From assembly GCA_004431415.1 (NCBI GenBank), contig QPMI01000642.1, positions 99,275-163,274 on the forward strand: DNA of 64,000 bases. The letters are read 5' to 3'. Positions 1-12,900 of this stretch are shown one piece after another; the first letter of the stretch is position 1; each line of letters begins with the position of its first letter. The notes beneath the pieces are model-generated. The model saw nothing but the letters and a program-made list of their open reading frames with translations. It was not told the DNA's origin and did no database searches. The stretch is from Cyanophora paradoxa CCMP329. Taxonomy: Eukaryota > Plantae > Glaucophyta. A program made the position numbers and the translations under genes.

Positions 1-3000
1 TTGGCGAGGCCGACGTCGACGGAGCGGAGGAACCGCACGACGCGCTCCAGCGGACCGATCTCCCGCTCGTCCCCGCCCGCGCCTTGCCCGCCCGACGTCG
101 ACGGCTGGTGCGCCGAGCGCGAGCGCGGGAGGGGCGACTTGTCGCGGGCGGCGCCGGGCCCGGCGCCGGCGCCGGGCGCGTTGCTGGAGGAGCGGCGGGG
201 CGGGAGGTGGAGGGGCGCGGGGCCCGGGCCCGGGGCGGAGTGGCCCAGGGAGACGCCGTTGGGGGAGAGGCTGAGCCCGTGCACGCCCGACGTGCGGCGC
301 GGGGCGGAGAGCGTCGAGCGCGCCGCCGCGTCGGCGGCCGACGAGTCGCGGCGGGAGCGCGTGGAGCTGCGGCGGCGGGGCTGGGGCGTGGGAGGCCCCA
401 GCGAGTCCCGCCGCCCCGAGAGGGGCGACAGGTCCAGCGCCTCGATCGCGTCCGAGCCGCGCCGCCGCGCCGAGAGCGGCTCCGCGGCGCCCAGCGCGGC
501 GGGCGCCGCCATCGCCCCCGACGAGCGCCGCGCCGCCGCCGTGAGGGCCTCCCGCGCGATCGAGACCCGCCGGGCACGCCGGCGGCCGCGCCCGAGGCCC
601 GCCGCTCGGCCCGCCGGCGGCGGCGACGCGGCGCCAGGGCGGGGCGGCGGGCCGGGGCGGGGGGCCCGGGGCGGGCCGGGGCCGGCCCCGGGCTCATGGG
701 GGGCGAGAGGGCCGTCGCCATGTCCCCGAGGTCCTGCTCCTCCTCCGGGAAGAAGCCCTGCACGGCCCTCAGGAAGAAGGCTCCCAAGGAAGAAAGGGAG
801 GGGACCGCACGCCGGAGGCCCCCCCCGCGCTGAGGCTGCGCGCCGCGAGGCGGAGCGTGCGGTGCACCCCCGCCTCCTGCGACGCCTTCCTCTCCATCGC
901 CACCTGGTCGCGGGGGGTACAGGTGAGGCGGGCCTGGCGGGGGCGGGGCATGGGGCGGCGGAGGGGCACCGATCCGGAGCGCTCGCGGCGGACGAGGCCC
1001 GAGCCGCGCCGCGAGTCGGCCGCCGCCGGGGCCGGGGCCTCCGCCTCCCCGCCCTTCGCCTCCTCTGCGCCGCGGAGTCAGCTTCGCGGGGGGGCGGGGC
1101 GATCGGGGGCCGGCGGCGCGCCGACGACGGTCCACGTCAAGCCGCCGCCGTCGCCGCCGTCGCCGCCGTCGCCGCCGTCGCCGCCGTCGCCGCCGCCGCG
1201 CGGCGAGTCGACCTGCGGGGCGGGGGAGGGCGTCTCGCGCCGGGCGGCTCCGCGCGGGGGGAAGAGAAGGGAAGGGGGCGGGCCTGGAGGGCGAGGCCGG
1301 CGGCGCTGGTCAGGCTCATCGAGCGGGCGCCGCCGAGGGCGCCTGGCGGCGGCTCCGAGGCGACGCTGCCCCGCTTCTGCAGCGCCGCCTCCGGGTTCCT
1401 GCGGGGGCGGTGAGGGCGCGGGGGCGGGCCGCCGAGGGGCCGGGAGGGGGCTCCCGCGCCTGAGGAGGAGGCGCAGCTCGTAGGGCGTCTTGAACGTCTG
1501 GCTCATCTTCCGGAGCCTGCGGGGCGCCGCCGGGATCAGGGGCGGACGAAGGCAGAGGCGAGGGCGAGGGCGAGGGCGCGCCTCAGGTCGCCGAAGGAGA
1601 GGCGGCGGTAGTCGTCTGCCTCGGGGGGCTCCCCCCCGGGGCCCGAGGAGGCCGCGCCGCCGCTGGCGATGGAGGCGCGCGCCGAGCGGGAGGCCTCGGT
1701 GGGGGCCCCCGACATCGCGATGAGCGTGCGCAGCAGGTGCAGGAAGACGTAGTACGGCCTGCGCGGGCGGGCGGGCGGGCGGGGCGGGCGGGGCGTCAGA
1801 GCGCAACGGGACCGGAGCGGAAGTGAGGAGGAGGAAGAAGGGACCGGCGGGAGGAGAAGGGGTCGGGGGAGACGGAGAGGACGGGAACGCCGCCGGCCTC
1901 CGCCAGCCGAATCGCCTCCGAGACCTGGCCCCGCCGCCTCAGCCCCGGCCTGGCAGAGCTGGGGCTGGCAGAGCTGACCAGGACGGACTTGCCGCAGCCG
2001 GCCTCGCCGTGCAGCAGCAGCGCCCCCGCCCCGCCCGGCTTCCACACCGCCTGCGCCCCGCCCGCCCGGCCGCTCAGTCGAAAGAGGCGGGCGGGGCGGG
2101 GCGGGGCGGGCCTGGACGAGGAAGTTGCAGAGTGTGGCGACGGCGTCGTCGCGCCCGCGCACGAGGGCGTCCACCGAGAGCGCCTCCTGCCTGAGGCGCG
2201 CCGCCAGCGAGAGCGCCGTCCGCGGCGGGCCGTACTCCACCGTCACTGAGGGGGGCGAGGCTCAGGGGGAGGGAGGAGGGGGCGGGCCGGCGGGCTCCGG
2301 ACCGGTGGAGCCGTCCCCCGAGTAGGCGGAGCCGCGGCGGTCGCTCCCGCCGGGGGCCCCGGCGCCGGCCTCGCTGGGGGCCAGCAGGTCGTCCGAGGAG
2401 CCCCCCGCCGGCAGCGGCCGGGGCGCGCTCGTCGAGCGCCTCCGCACCAGCTGGCTCACCGCGATCGGCCGGGCCTTGCCCTGCCCTGCCTTCAGCCAGA
2501 GCGCGGGGGAGCGTGGGGCGGGAGGGGGCGCGCCTTGACGGGGATGGGGGCGAGGCGGGAGAGCTCGAAGTGCGCCCCGACCGCCTCCCGCGTCCGCTGC
2601 GCCCGCCCCCGCCTCAGACGCGAGGAAAGGAAGGAAAGAAGGGGCGAGGAGGGGCGGGCGGGCCTCGTCGAGGAGGATGGTGCCGCTGGGCGCCGCCGCG
2701 GCCATCAGCCGCGCCGCCATGTTCACGCTGCCCCGGGCCCCGCTCAGCTTCGGGCCGGCGGGTAGGCGGCGGAGTCGGCGGGGGCGGGGGCACCTGTCGC
2801 CGATGACGTTGAGCTCGCAGCGGAGGTCGGTGCCGAGGAGGCCGCAGAAGACGCGGCCCGTCGCGATCCCGACGGCGATGCGCCCCAGCGCGTCCCGCTC
2901 GAACGCCGCCTTCATCCGCAGCGCCGCCAGGCACGCCCGCTGCGCAGCCGCCCGCTCAGAGGGCGCCCCGCCGGCGTGCGGGCGGGCGGAGGAGGGAAAA

Positions 3001-5040
3001 CAGGGGCGCCTGGGGGTCGTCCTCGTGGGCGGATGAGACGAGGCCCCAGGTCAGCAGCGCCACGAGGCCCTGCGCCGGCGTCAGCTTTCCGAGCTTCCCC
3101 GCGCCCCGCGCCGCCCCGGCGGGCCTTGTCGTCTTTGAATAGGGAGCGGACGACGCCGCCCATGCGGTCCGCCCCCGCCTGCACCGCCTCCGCGCACCGC
3201 TGCACCCGCTCCAGCTGCCGCTGCGGGCGAGGGTGAGGCCGGCCGGGGGCGGGGCGGGGCGGGCGGAGGGGGCGGGCCTGAGGCAGGGGCCCCGTGGCGG
3301 GGACGTCCAGGGCCGGCAGCTGCACGAAGAGCGCCGTGATCACCCGCAGCTGCGCAGGCCGCGTCAGCGGGGGAGCGAAGCCGGCGGGGGGGCGGGGGCG
3401 GGGGCGGGCCTCGGTGAGGAGGTTGGCGCTGCCGGCGACGGCCGCCTGCACGTCCGAGGGCAGCAGGGGGTACAGCCGGGTCCGCAGCGCCTGCGCGGCC
3501 TCCTCGTCGGGGTCGCCGGCGGTCGCCGGCTCGGTGCCCGGCGGTGTCGCCATCGCCGATGTCCGCCGCCGCAGCTGCGTCACCTCGTCCCCATCCGCGC
3601 CCCCCGCCGGCCCCGCCGGCACCTCCGTCAGAAGCAGCCCGAAGCTGCGGGGAGATCAGGATTTGTTTTTGAGAGGGGGGGGGGGGGGGGGGAAGGAAGG
3701 GGGGGAAGCAGTCACCGGGCGTCCATCTCGGTACCCCCGTAGACGAGGAAGCCGTCCTTGTCGCCGGCTCCGAGGAGCCCGGCCAGCTCGCGGCTCGACC
3801 GCAGCAGCGCCGCCGCCTGGCCGAGAGTTCAGAGGGGGGGGGGGAGGAGCTCGGGGGTACGGGCGGACGTGGGGGGCGACGGCGAGCTTGCCCGGGGGCG
3901 CGATGGCGAGGGCGCCGGCGAGGGCGTCCAGCGGCTCGCCTACGAGGGGCACCTCCCAGCGGCCCCGGTGGCCCCCGACCTGGGCGCGCCCCGTCCCCGT
4001 CGGCCCGGGCCCCGGGCGCCCCTCGGCGCCCCCCGGGGCCCCGGCGGACCTTGAGGAGGCTCACGTGGCCGGCGGTGAGGGCGCAGTGGAGCCGCAGCCC
4101 GTCCGCCTCCACGTCCAGCAGCTCCCTGCCCGCCCGGATTCGAACCCGGGCCGCGCGGGGCGGGGCGGGGCGGGGCGGGGCGGGGCGGGGGCACCGGGCG
4201 AGACGGAAGGCGCGGAGGGCGGCGGCGGGAAGGGACGCGGCGTCGGCGGCCGGCAGCAGCACCAGCACCGCGTCGCCCTGCGGCGCCGTGGGCGCCGGCG
4301 GCGGCGCGCGGCCGGCGCGGGGCGCACCAGGAAGCGCATGACGTCGGCCCCGAAGCGCCGACACGTCCGCAGGACCTCCCTGGCCCCGCTGCCGCCTCAG
4401 CGCGGCGCGGCGAGGCGCGGCGACGCGCGGGGCGCACCGGAACATGCCGTTGAGCCTCCGAGAGAACTCGTCTGCGGGGCGGTGAGCGGCGCGCGCCGGC
4501 GCCTCGCCTGCGGGCAGGGCGGGGGCGAGTACCTGTCCCGCGCAGTGCGGCCTCGGTGGGGTCCGCGTCGGCGAGGGGCTCGGCCCCGAGGCCCCGCCCC
4601 TCCAGCAGCGCCCCGGCGAGCTTCACCGAGCCCCTGCGCGCCCCGGCCGCGTTGAGCTGCGCGGCTTGCGGCGAGCGTCGGGGCAGCGCCGCGCACGCAA
4701 TGTCTGCGAGGAGCACGGCGCCGAAGACCGGGAACTGCTGCGGCCCGTCGTCCTCCCCTTCGGTGCGGAGCTCGCCGCTAAGTACGCGCGAGATGACGGA
4801 GTCTGGGAGGAACAGCTCCGGTCTGTCGCGCAGCTGCCTGGAAAGCGCTGCGGTCGATAGCTTCCTCAAGGACATGCTCCTGATGCTCTTCCGCGCGGCG
4901 CCGAACTGGAAAATTTGCGGCGCGGGCGAACCGCCCTCGGCAGCGGCCGCGGGCGGGGCGCCGCGCACGGCGGAGTCCATCTCCAGACTCGGCCGCCCGC
5001 TCTCTCCCGCTATTGCGAGCGGCGGCGCGAGTGACGCCAT
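1..5040 (-). CDS. Soluble adenylyl cyclase-like (ADCY10-type) protein: two class III cyclase domains plus a P-loop ATPase; multi-exon, 3' end beyond the window
   Basis: ATG at 5040. Spliced exons give C1 motifs (GAVLLADIA|GSVKLA, FGADVMRFL|GDAVLVL, LRLHCALTAG, VGEPLDAL), C2 motifs (LRVITALFVQL, FKDDK|G, IAVGIATGRVFCGLLG, VIGD..VNMAARLM, PIPVK|GK) and a Walker A motif LLHGEAGCGKS. Introns are short, GT-AG or GC-AG. Confidence 0.88.
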
Positions 5041-5753
5041 GGCCGCCGGTGGTGCGAGTTACGGGCGGCTGAGCTTAGCTGCCTCCTGCGCATGCATGGG
5101 GTGAGTTGGGTGTCGTCGCGCCTTGCGACTGCCAAGTTGAGCTCGAGGCGGCGCGGTAGCACGACGCCGCGAGCTGCAGCTGCAGCTGGTTGTAGTTGCA
5201 CTTGAAGGAGGGGGGGCCCCGGGCCCCGGGGGGGTGGACGTGATGAAATTTAACAATTAAAGCTATTATAATGTATATATATAATTTGCATTAATTGCAT
5301 GTCTGCATGCATGCAATATATATGATCGACTCTTCAAGCATGCAATCATATATATATGTCTCGTCTGCAACGCCGGCTCAGAGCGATCGACCTGCGCGCA
5401 GTTCGATATATATATATATCGATCGCGATCGATTCGATATAATTTTAATGTTAAAATGCGAGAATTATGTCTTAATCCTCTTACCCCTTTCTTATCTAAC
5501 GTCTACCCCTTTATCTGACGTCTACCCCCCGCTAATCCCGGCTCCCCTGACTCCAGCCTACCCCACATCCGAGTCTCCTCCCCACCAGGGAAAGAGCCAT
5601 GGCCACCATCCCCACCAAGAAAGAGCCATCGATATCGATCCCGCAAGTAGTATACGACGACATGCAAGCGCTACTACCTGCCGGGCGGCCCCACAAGCTC
5701 GGAGCTCGTGGGCGGCCAGGCAGACCGCGCCCGGCGGCCCCCGGCGTGCTCAT

Positions 5754-6259
5754 TAGAGCTGTGCTCGCTGGGGGGGGCCGGGCCCAGCGGCCGCTGAAGC
5801 CCGGCGAGCGGCGCCTGTCGCTGGCCCGTCGCTGAGCTGGGGGTACCGCCAAAACCTGAAGAAAAACTGCTGGAAACCGACCGAAAACCTATCTGTTCCG
5901 TTTAGTTTATTTCGTACAAGCTTCTAAGACGCAAATGCAGATTTAATGCTTGGTTCCGCGAGCCATGCGTCAATTTCTGCGGGATAGAGGCCAGCTGCAG
6001 GCTGCTTTTAGGCGAAGCGGACTCCCCGGGAGCGCCTGAATGCTCGAAAACAGTCGAAATTTAGCAAGATTGCTCGGCCACGCCGAGTCGTCGCCGACCT
6101 ACGTCGACCATCAGATGAGAAAAAAGCGGGATGGAGCTTTTTTTGGCGCCTGTCAGCCATAAAAAACGATGTGCGAGGAGGCGTCGCTGGCGGAAAACGC
6201 CAAGCGTAGCGGCCGCTGGAACCTCGCGAGCGAAGCGACAACCAGCGACCACAGCCCTA
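5754..6259. mobile_element. Non-autonomous hAT-like MITE, copy 1 (~506 bp)
   Basis: Termini TAGAGCTGTG...CACAGCCCTA form an imperfect TIR. Near-identical to 15792..16287. The flanking 8-mers GTGCTCAT and GTCCGAAC fit a GTnnnnA(C/T) hAT-type target pattern. Confidence 0.8.
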
Positions 6260-6539
6260 GTCCGAACACGGTCTGCTGCACATGTACAGCGGCACTACAG
6301 CCACTGAGCCTGCATGGCAGAGCGTTTGGCCCAGACTCCCGGAGTCCGCCGCCCAGTGGCCCGGCGGCGGCGGGGCGCCGGCCCGGCGGCCGGCGCCGGC
6401 GCCTCTAATATGGCCCGCTATAGCGCTAGGCTAAATAATACTGTAGAACTAGAAATATTAAGTGGGCTGCATATTTATAGTACTTAAAAAGTTTTGGGCA
6501 ATTTCCTAAATATTACACGCCCCCAGTGCTGGAGTAGAC

Positions 6540-7190
6540 TAGAGGCTGTGGCCGGTAATTCACCAAAACAAAACATTTCGTAAATATTTCTCGCCTGCTA
6601 AAGCCGAGATTTCTCAGGGGTACTCCTTTCTTCGCCATACAAAAGCCCTGCGAAGACCGACCTACCAATAGCTAAAAAAAAGCTTAGGGCCGCGGGGATG
6701 AACCGGCATAAGCGAAGACCGACCTACCAATGCTACCATTGCTACCAATAGCTAAAAAAAAGCTTAGGGCCGCGGCCCGCGGGGCTGAACCGGTATACAT
6801 GCTAGTACTGCCACTGTACTGGCCGCCGGACCGCGGGCCGCGGCCCGGCGGGCCCGCTAGCGCGCGGCCCGGCTGAACCGGTGAAAAGCGGCCGGGCCGC
6901 CGGGCCGCGGCAAGTTCACTAGCCTAGTACCGTAGCTGGCCCTGCTAGCCTGGCAGTGGCAACTAGTATAAACCAATAGGCTAGCTATATAATATATTAA
7001 TTTGCGATCGCGAGGACGTCGACGTTCCGGGCAACTTCCGGCCCCATTACACCGAAATCTGACGGACGACTCCGAAAGCTAGCGCCCGATAGGCCAGCTT
7101 GACGTCATTGAACGGTTAGAAAAAAGCGAATTCGACAAGGCAATTTCGAAAGCATTTTTTTTTTTGGTGAATTACCGGCCACAGTCTCTA
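6540..7190. mobile_element. TIR element (MITE-like) nested in the composite unit
   Basis: ~29-bp TIR: TAGAGGCTGTGGCCGGTAATTCACCAAAA ... TTTTGGTGAATTACCGGCCACAGTCTCTA. Has internal short duplications. No clean 8-bp TSD. Confidence 0.7.
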
Positions 7191-8032
7191 GACACCAGCA
7201 CTGCGGGGGCTGCCCAGGGGGCATAGAGACAAAATAGCAAAATAACTAAGACAAGAGCACGAAGAAAGATAAGACAAAGAGCCAAAATCGACAATAAAAA
7301 AGGAAAGACACAGAGCTCGAGACAGATCGATTGCGAGAAGAGACGATAAATCGAGCAGATCTAGGGACAGAGGATAACTGACACGAAGAAGAGCCAGAGC
7401 TAGAGGATAACTGACACGAAGAAGAGCCAGAGCTAGAGATACCATCAATATCAGAAGGAATTACATCACTAAGAAGCGGGGGACAAAATTGAGAAAGATA
7501 AATAACAGGAAGAAGACAAGTAAGAGGAACAACAAGACGACATGGAGGCGGAGGCGAAGCAGGACGATGCGAAAGGGCAGAGCTACGGCACGAGGTCGAG
7601 GAGGACACAGGAGGCGGAGCAGGCGGATCAAGAGCAGGCAAAAGAACAGTCAAAGGAATCACTAAAGCCGGCCGGGGTCGAGGCGGGCAATCGAACTGCA
7701 AACGACGGCGAACAACAGGTCGAGCACGAGGACTATAGCTAGTATTGAAACTAACTCTAGCATCAACACTACGATCAGAATCCGAACCAGACCGAACTAA
7801 ACTAGAAGACGAAGAAGTACGCCGGCGCCGGCGGGATACGATCGCGACCAGCGAAGCAGAAGACAAGGACAAAGGCGGTAGTCCGGTATCAAGAACAAAG
7901 GCCGGAGGGTCCGGCCCGGCAAACCGCCGGGGGGAAGTAGAAGGAGCCGCAGGCTCCTTCTACTTCCGAAAGCAACTTCGTCATGATCAGAGATGGACTC
8001 AGATGGTTAATTAGGCCAGCTCCGCGAGGCTC

Positions 8033-8393
8033 GTCACCTGTTTCTTACCGGCAAAGTCCCCCGGCGACTAGTGTAAAACAAATTACAAAGTGGTCCGGTT
8101 AGACTCCGGTAAGTATATACGTATATATATATACCGCCCAACGCGCGTCGGAATTAAGCATGCGAAAACTATTAAAAAAGTACATTTTCCTTCAGTGAAG
8201 TTGACGTGTGTCGTCGACAACTGGCATGAATATATATTCCTTCAGTGAAGTTGACGTGTGTCGTCGACAACTGGCATGAATATATATTCCGTCACCTGTT
8301 TCTTACCGGCAAAGTCCCCCGGCGACTAGTGTAAAACAAATTACAAAGTGGTCCGGTTAGACTCCGGTAAGTTTATACGTATATATATATACC
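8033..8393. repeat. A-B-B-A local duplication: ~100-bp direct repeat enclosing a ~52-bp tandem pair
   Basis: gtcacctgtttcttaccggc...tatatataccg occurs at ~8033 and ~8291. ttccttcagtgaagttgacgtgtgtcgtcgacaactggcatgaatatata occurs twice between them. Confidence 0.8.
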
Positions 8394-9640
8394 GGCCAAC
8401 GCGCGTTCAAGAATTATTGGATGACACGAGCTGTCAGCTTGAGTGATCCGATCGCTAAACACATTAAATTGGGGCAGTTGTACGATCCACAGGATGCACC
8501 AACAGACGTGGCATTCGTAACGTCAACCAATGCGGATCACAGATCTTTCATAACGTCATTGCAACACAGTGGCCAGAGATCCTTATCATCAATGCCGGAG
8601 ATCGAACAATGCCAAATCGTCTTAAACAACTTCCTCTTCATGTGCAGGTGTGCTCATTTGATTGCCGCAAACATGCTAGACCTTTGACATTTGTTTTGCA
8701 ATAAATAGATACCAGGTTTGTTTTGCAATAAATAGATACCGCTAGCGGCGATCGCTCTTGTCCCACTTGGACATTTCAATGCATTCGTGATGATGCAGTG
8801 CGGCACCAATGCTCCTTTTGTGTACCGCTATGACGATATGCGTGATTCCGGAACGGACGGATGCCTCTACCCAGTTGTTCCAACCTTCGCAGCGCTGAAT
8901 GATTCCTTGTCGCCTAGCGAATTCAGCAATGTACATTTCCTTTTCTTTGTGCGCCAAGCTTAACGACAGCAAGCTCGATTCGTACGATTTTTTAACTTAC
9001 TCTATGCTCGACTTTCAAAGCTTTCTTAGGCTTACTGTCTGTTGCTCGATCGCTCAAGCAGTGTCACATGCCAGTGTGTCCTGATTTCGGCTCCATTTTA
9101 AATTTAGTCTGATCCTCCACTTCCAAAGCTTATCTCGAATTTTCGCTGTATGCCATCTTATAAAATAAGTGACTTGCACATTCACTTCTGCCTGCTCTTT
9201 TAATAATGCCGTCAATAGGTGGGGGGGTGCGGGGGGGCTTGCCCCCCTGCTTGTGCATATACTATTGATCCGCGCATGCGCCGCGGCGTCGGCGCGCGGA
9301 AAGTTGTCCGGGACTGTGCAGGATCGAATTTTTGACATCGGGCACCTTCCTGCACTGTTCCGGCTCCGAAAACCGGATATCTGGAGTGCGCAGGCCCTGC
9401 TATGTCTATGCGCGCCAGTACGCATCGAATGCGCGCGTCGGGGGACCGGCCGGAAACGGCAGGATCAAACTTTCGGCCGACTCTTCGGACTGGAGCGTCG
9501 GCGGCGGCCAAAATCGAGGTTGCCGGAGTGCGCGCGCCCTCCGCTCTCATTCTGCATTGCTCTGGGGCGTCTGTGGCGGGCTTTCGTCGCGGGACCGGGC
9601 GGGACCGGGTCCCACTTTTTGGAGTTTCGCGATCGAGGCG

Positions 9641-9950
9641 GGGTATAAATACCAGAATTGATCCTGGAGGGAAATTCGATTTTCGCGCGACGCCCAGGGG
9701 GGAGCGATCGAAAATTTGAAAAATTTGATTGGTGATTTGGACGTGACTGATTCGTGACCATAACGTTACACGGACGTTACATTGATGTCACGTCAGGGTA
9801 TAAATACCAGAATTGATCCTGGAGGGAAATTCGATTTTCGCGCGACGCCCAGGGGGGAGCGATCGAAAATTTGAAAAATTTGATTGGTGATTTGGACGTG
9901 ACTGATTCGTGACCATAACGTTACACGGACGTTACATTGATGTCACGTCA
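9641..9950. repeat. Tandem duplication, 2 x 155 bp
   Basis: The unit gggtataaataccagaattg...gatgtcacgtca starts at 9641 and again at 9796. Confidence 0.9.
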
Positions 9951-12900
9951 TTACGGAGGTTCGTGGAGGTTCAGCGAAAAAAACGCCTGTTCAAATCCGA
10001 CAATAATTTCGGGAGTTGGCCATCGACCTACGGAAGAGGCTTCGCCCGACCTCGAAAACGGCCTCATAGAAAAATTTTGGCTGAAGCGAGGGAACGGGAA
10101 GCAAGGGGGGGAAGACCTTCGGTCTTCTTTTCCCCCCTTGCAATTATACCGTTGCTGTACATGTTCCGGGCCATTTTGTTGCCCTTGGAATTCGCGCCCG
10201 GCCCGGCCTTAAGCTTGACTCCCTTGAGATCTACCGCTGGTCCGCTGCCCCGGCCTGCCCTTAAGCTTCTCCGAGCTCGAGGGCTGCCCAGGCCTGCCCT
10301 TGGTTACCGTAATACAGAATAGTAAGGTACGCACTTTATCATGTCGACCCCAAATTATGTTGCCGAAAAGTGACAGAACGACATAATTTGTGGGCGTCAT
10401 ATTTCGCACAGAGAAGGGCTGGATTTTATAACGACATAAATTTGCCTGTCATAATATTGTGTGTTACGGTAGAATAGCAAGCAATGGGCTCTTAAGCTTG
10501 AATGGATGGCCTTGGAGGCTCGTTTAAAAACAAAGGTCGAAAAACCTTTTTTCGTAAGATGCATATTAGCCGATTCGTTTTTGACTTTTTTAGTCCGCGC
10601 CGGCGGCGCCGGCAAACTTCACATTCAAAAGTAACTTAGCAAAGGCCCCATCGCCCAATACTGGAAAGCTGGACGTACTAGTATCTGGTGTGCGAACTTC
10701 GGACCCGGGAATTCGAAGTTGTCGGTTACCGGTACCGTCGGTACGACTCCCGACAGTCTCCCATACGAGACCGTACGACTTGTCCATGCTGTCATGATCA
10801 TCCAATGATCATCGGGTCGACTCGCCGGCGAGTCGGCGGCGACGACTTGAGTTTGCATGCACTACCCGGTGACCACATGAATGCAGTGCCAATTGCAATA
10901 TGCATGTGCCCGGCGGCCATCACTGCTATGCAGCCCGGAGCCTATGCACACTGCACAGCGATATCGATATCAATAGATTCGATGCACTCCGCAGACAGGA
11001 CCGCAGTTACTGAGTCGGACCGCAGAGTCCGCACTGACTCCGCAGTGCCCCGGTGTGCCCGCAGAGTCGGCGCAGACTGGGGGCCGCAGTCTGGCCCGCA
11101 GACAGCTGCAGTCACCACAGTGCATTGTGCACGTGCGCAAATCGAATCATTGCAGATTGGGGCCCCGAGCGGCCGAGCCCAGTCGCCGGCCCGACTCGGC
11201 GACGCCGGGCCGTCGACGTCGGGGCGCCGGCGCCGGCGGGGCCGGCCGGCCCGGGCCGGGCCCGGCCCTGCGGCCACGCCGGCCAGGCTGCGGGGCTAGC
11301 TGGCTGCGGCCCCTGCCCGCGGCCGGGGCTCATATGCATGATCAACGATCGGATTTTAATTTTAAAGCCTTTGAAGTTCAACGGTTTATATTAAGCGCTA
11401 GCCGGCGGCGCCGGCGCCGGCCGTCAGTTTGATTGGTGAGGTACCGTACCGGTAGTTACCAGTAGGTCCAGTACAGGCTTACAGCACTGAGTCGTGCCAC
11501 TGACAGACACTGGCACTGTAAAGTCAGTGACACTCAGTGTAGACTGCTAATCATGTCTTCTTAACTTGCCAATCAGATTGAATCAGTGGCAATCAGTGTA
11601 CGTACTGGTGCCGAATCACTGCCGATCCGATGATCATGACTCAGTGACTCGTGCGGCGTGCCACGGTGATTCGATTTACGAAGTTCACTGAGTCATGATC
11701 ATCCGCCGCGGGCGGCGGACCGGATGATCGCACTCGATGATTCGCGATCGCGAATTGTCAGTTTTCCCACCCATGATCCGCCGAGTCAGAGACTCGAATC
11801 GTCAGAAAGTAACTAGCTCGGGACCGGAGCCTCGGGACTCGGGAGTCAAAAGACCGTCGGACTCGGAACTCTTCGGGAACTTGTGACTCAGTGACGTGCA
11901 CGAGGGTCGACGTCGGCCGCGGTCGCGGCCGATTCGACGCATGCCGGACCATAGCTAGAGCCGGTCGCGATTGCGACCGGCAATGGCCCGGCATGCATGG
12001 CAAATTATAATTATTAGCAATGATAGCATTGCACTCTGTAAACGTAGGAATTTTCGTTGAGACTTAATGTCGACAAATCCTGAAAATCAGGCCGACGACA
12101 GCATCATATTTTCGTTAGCCCCGCGACTTTGCCATCGACGGGTCAGCCCCTCCGCCGCTGCAGTACTAGTCTGCTGCAGCCTGCATGCTGTAGCTGGTAC
12201 GTATACGACTACCAATATCATGATCCAAAAACAGCCTGAATGCGCATGCGCAGCCGCGAATCGATCTTCGTTGGCGTAACCGATGATCAACAACACGTGA
12301 TCTCGAAGCTTCGAGACGACGTCGACGTCGACAGGCTAGCGCTCGAGTCACCGTGGCTCTGCGATTGCCAAAGTTGCATATGCATACGGCGATTGTACGC
12401 GTACGCACATATAGAGCACTTTATATAATCAATTGCAACGTTGGCCTTGGGTGCTGCTGCAGCTGCTGCTATAAGCTTAAGACTCTGGGAGGCCCTGGGT
12501 GCTGCAGCAGTTACTAATTATATAAGTTCGCTGCTGCAGCCCGCTGCAGCAGCTCCGAATCCTGAATGCATCCGAATTAATCGAAATCGTCTCAGCTGTG
12601 CCGCGACGGCAATCGCGAGGCCGACCCCCTTGAGCTCGTTACAGTTCCGTCATCGACCACGATCGCGACTCTGGTCTCGATGACAACGTCGGCAGATCTA
12701 GAGGACCGCGGAATTGCCGCATTCCTTCAGCAGCAGCTGCAGGAAGCCGTCGCGTCCTCAGCCGCTCTGGATCTCGCGCCGCCCCAGGCCACTGACACCG
12801 GTCGCGAGCCTCACAACGGCGCTGCCGGCACGCGCCTCGATTTCAGCGCCGGCGCCAGCCTACGCGGCGCTAGCTTGATCCCCTTCGGCATGGGCTTCCG

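Noticed and set aside
1-4655. Long plus-strand ORFs (e.g. 1..1413, 3294..4655)
   Set aside because: They are Arg/Gly/Pro/Ala-rich shadows antisense to the spliced cyclase gene in very GC-rich DNA.
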